64,000 nt of DNA from Flaccisagitta enflata (taxonomy: Eukaryota). A program made the position numbers and the translations under genes. Positions 62,575 through 64,000 of this stretch are shown here, piece by piece. Below the pieces are notes generated by a model. It worked only from the letters and a program-made list of their open reading frames with translations, was not told the origin of the DNA and made no database searches. Location: positions 7,874,001 through 7,938,000 of the forward strand of contig OZ231126.1 of NCBI GenBank assembly GCA_965153355.1, read 5' to 3'. Each line of letters starts with the position of its first letter. Within the stretch, counting starts at the first letter, position 1.

Positions 62575-64000
62575 GTGTGACATACATCAGAGAATTTTGG
62601 GCTGTGTGACGTACATCAGAGAAAACTGGGTGGTGTGACATACATGGGATAATTTTGGGCTGTGTGACATACATTGGAGAAAACTGGGTGGTGTGACATA
62701 CATTGGAGAATTCTGGGCTGTGTGACATACATTGGAGAAAACTGGGTGGTGTGACATACATCAGAGAAAACTAGGTGTGACATACATTGGAGAATTCTAG
62801 GCTGTGTGACATACATCGGAGAAAACTGGGTGGTGTGACATACATCGAAGAATTCTGGGCTGTGTGACATACATCGGAAAAAACTGGGTGGTGTGACATA
62901 CATTAGAGAATTCTATTTTGGGTTGACATGGAATGTTTGAGGGAATGGTCTCAATCAGTGGAAAGGATTTTGATTTTAGGTTGTGGGTTGCATGAACCTT
63001 TTACAATGGGAAGATCAGATGGATGTGTGGTCCAAAACAGCACAATCATCTGGTACTCTTTCTTGTCACTGGTACTTGTAGCAAACAGGTTAGAATTATT
63101 GATTTTTTCCTGGTTGGTTCCTGGTTGGATTGTTGTCTTGAATTATTTCATGATTATGTTGAGATAGACTTAGTTATTTTGAATACTAAGGATAGTTGTG
63201 ATGGGTCCGGATTAAACACCAGTGAGAGCTCCAAAGGCTCTCATCCTTAAGTAAAGTAGGGTTGAGTAGTAGTGTTGTCCAACTTTCATACATCGGAGAA
63301 AACTGGGTGGTGTGATATATATTGGAAAATTCTGGATTGTGTGACATTTATTGGAGAAAACTGGGTGGTGTGACATACATCAGAGAATTCTGGGCTGTGT
63401 GACATACATTGGAGAAAACTAGGTGGTGTGACATACATCGGAGAATTCTGGGCTGTGTGACATACATTGGAGAAAACTGGGTGGTGTGACATACATCAGA
63501 GAATTCTGGGCTGTGTGACATACATTGGAGAAAACTGGGTTGTGTGACATACATTGGAGCATTCTGGGCTGTGTGACATACATTGGAGAAAACTGGGTTG
63601 TGTGACATACATTGGAGCATTCTGGGCTGTGTGACATACATTGGAGAATTCTGGGCTGTTTCACATACACCGGAGAAAACTGGGTGGTGTGACATACATC
63701 GGGGAATTTTGAGCTGTGTGACATACATCGGAGAAAACTGGGCTGTGTGACATACATCGGAGAATTCTGGGCTGTGTGACATACATCGGAGAAAACTGGG
63801 TGGTGTGACATACATCAGAGAATTCTGGGCTATATGACATATATCGAAGAAAACTGGGTAAAGTGACATACATCGGAGAATTCTGGGCTTTGTGACATAC
63901 ATCGGAGAAAACTGGGTTGTGTGACATACATCCGAGCAAACTGGGTTGTGTGACATACATCAGAGAATTCTGGGCTGTGTGACATACATCAGAGAATTCT
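62575..64000. repeat. 29/30-bp minisatellite, often a 59-bp dimer, interrupted by a ~370-bp insertion (62915-63285); short copy at 61365-61427
   Basis: Alternating GTGTGACATACAT..GAGAATTCTGGGCT and GTGTGACATACAT..GAGAAAACTGGGTG units running to the window end. Confidence 0.93.

Noticed and set aside
63286..63960. Cys/His-rich repeat ORFs resembling zinc fingers
   Set aside because: They derive from the 29/30-bp minisatellite; the same peptides rotate through all three frames.

Overview
Eukaryotic, intron-containing, repeat-rich DNA, probably from an invertebrate animal; the taxon cannot be fixed from this window. Genes I can support: (1) an intronless BTB-BACK/kelch-like ORF on the minus strand running off the left edge; (2) only the last coding exon of HMG-CoA reductase (minus), with a Gly-rich insertion; (3) a complete 3-exon MATH-BTB (SPOP-like) gene (+); (4) an intronless 501-aa right-handed beta-helix protein with a degenerate MYND-like tail (+); (5) eight phase-consistent exons of a PKD2/polycystin-2 (TRPP) channel (minus, 49.5-59.5 kb); (6) a thyroglobulin type-1 domain gene (+) nested in a PKD2 intron. 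The rest is mostly Helentron/DINE-1-like non-autonomous elements, MITEs, LINE remnants and micro/minisatellites, plus a ~10.5-kb tandem array of ~380-bp palindromic monomers. The most unusual signals are that hairpin array, tandem duplications straddling PKD2 splice sites (one could duplicate the pore-lining S6 helix in frame), and the orphan HMGCR exon. I found no CRISPR array, rRNA or convincing tRNA. All homology calls come from motif recognition by eye, not database searches.
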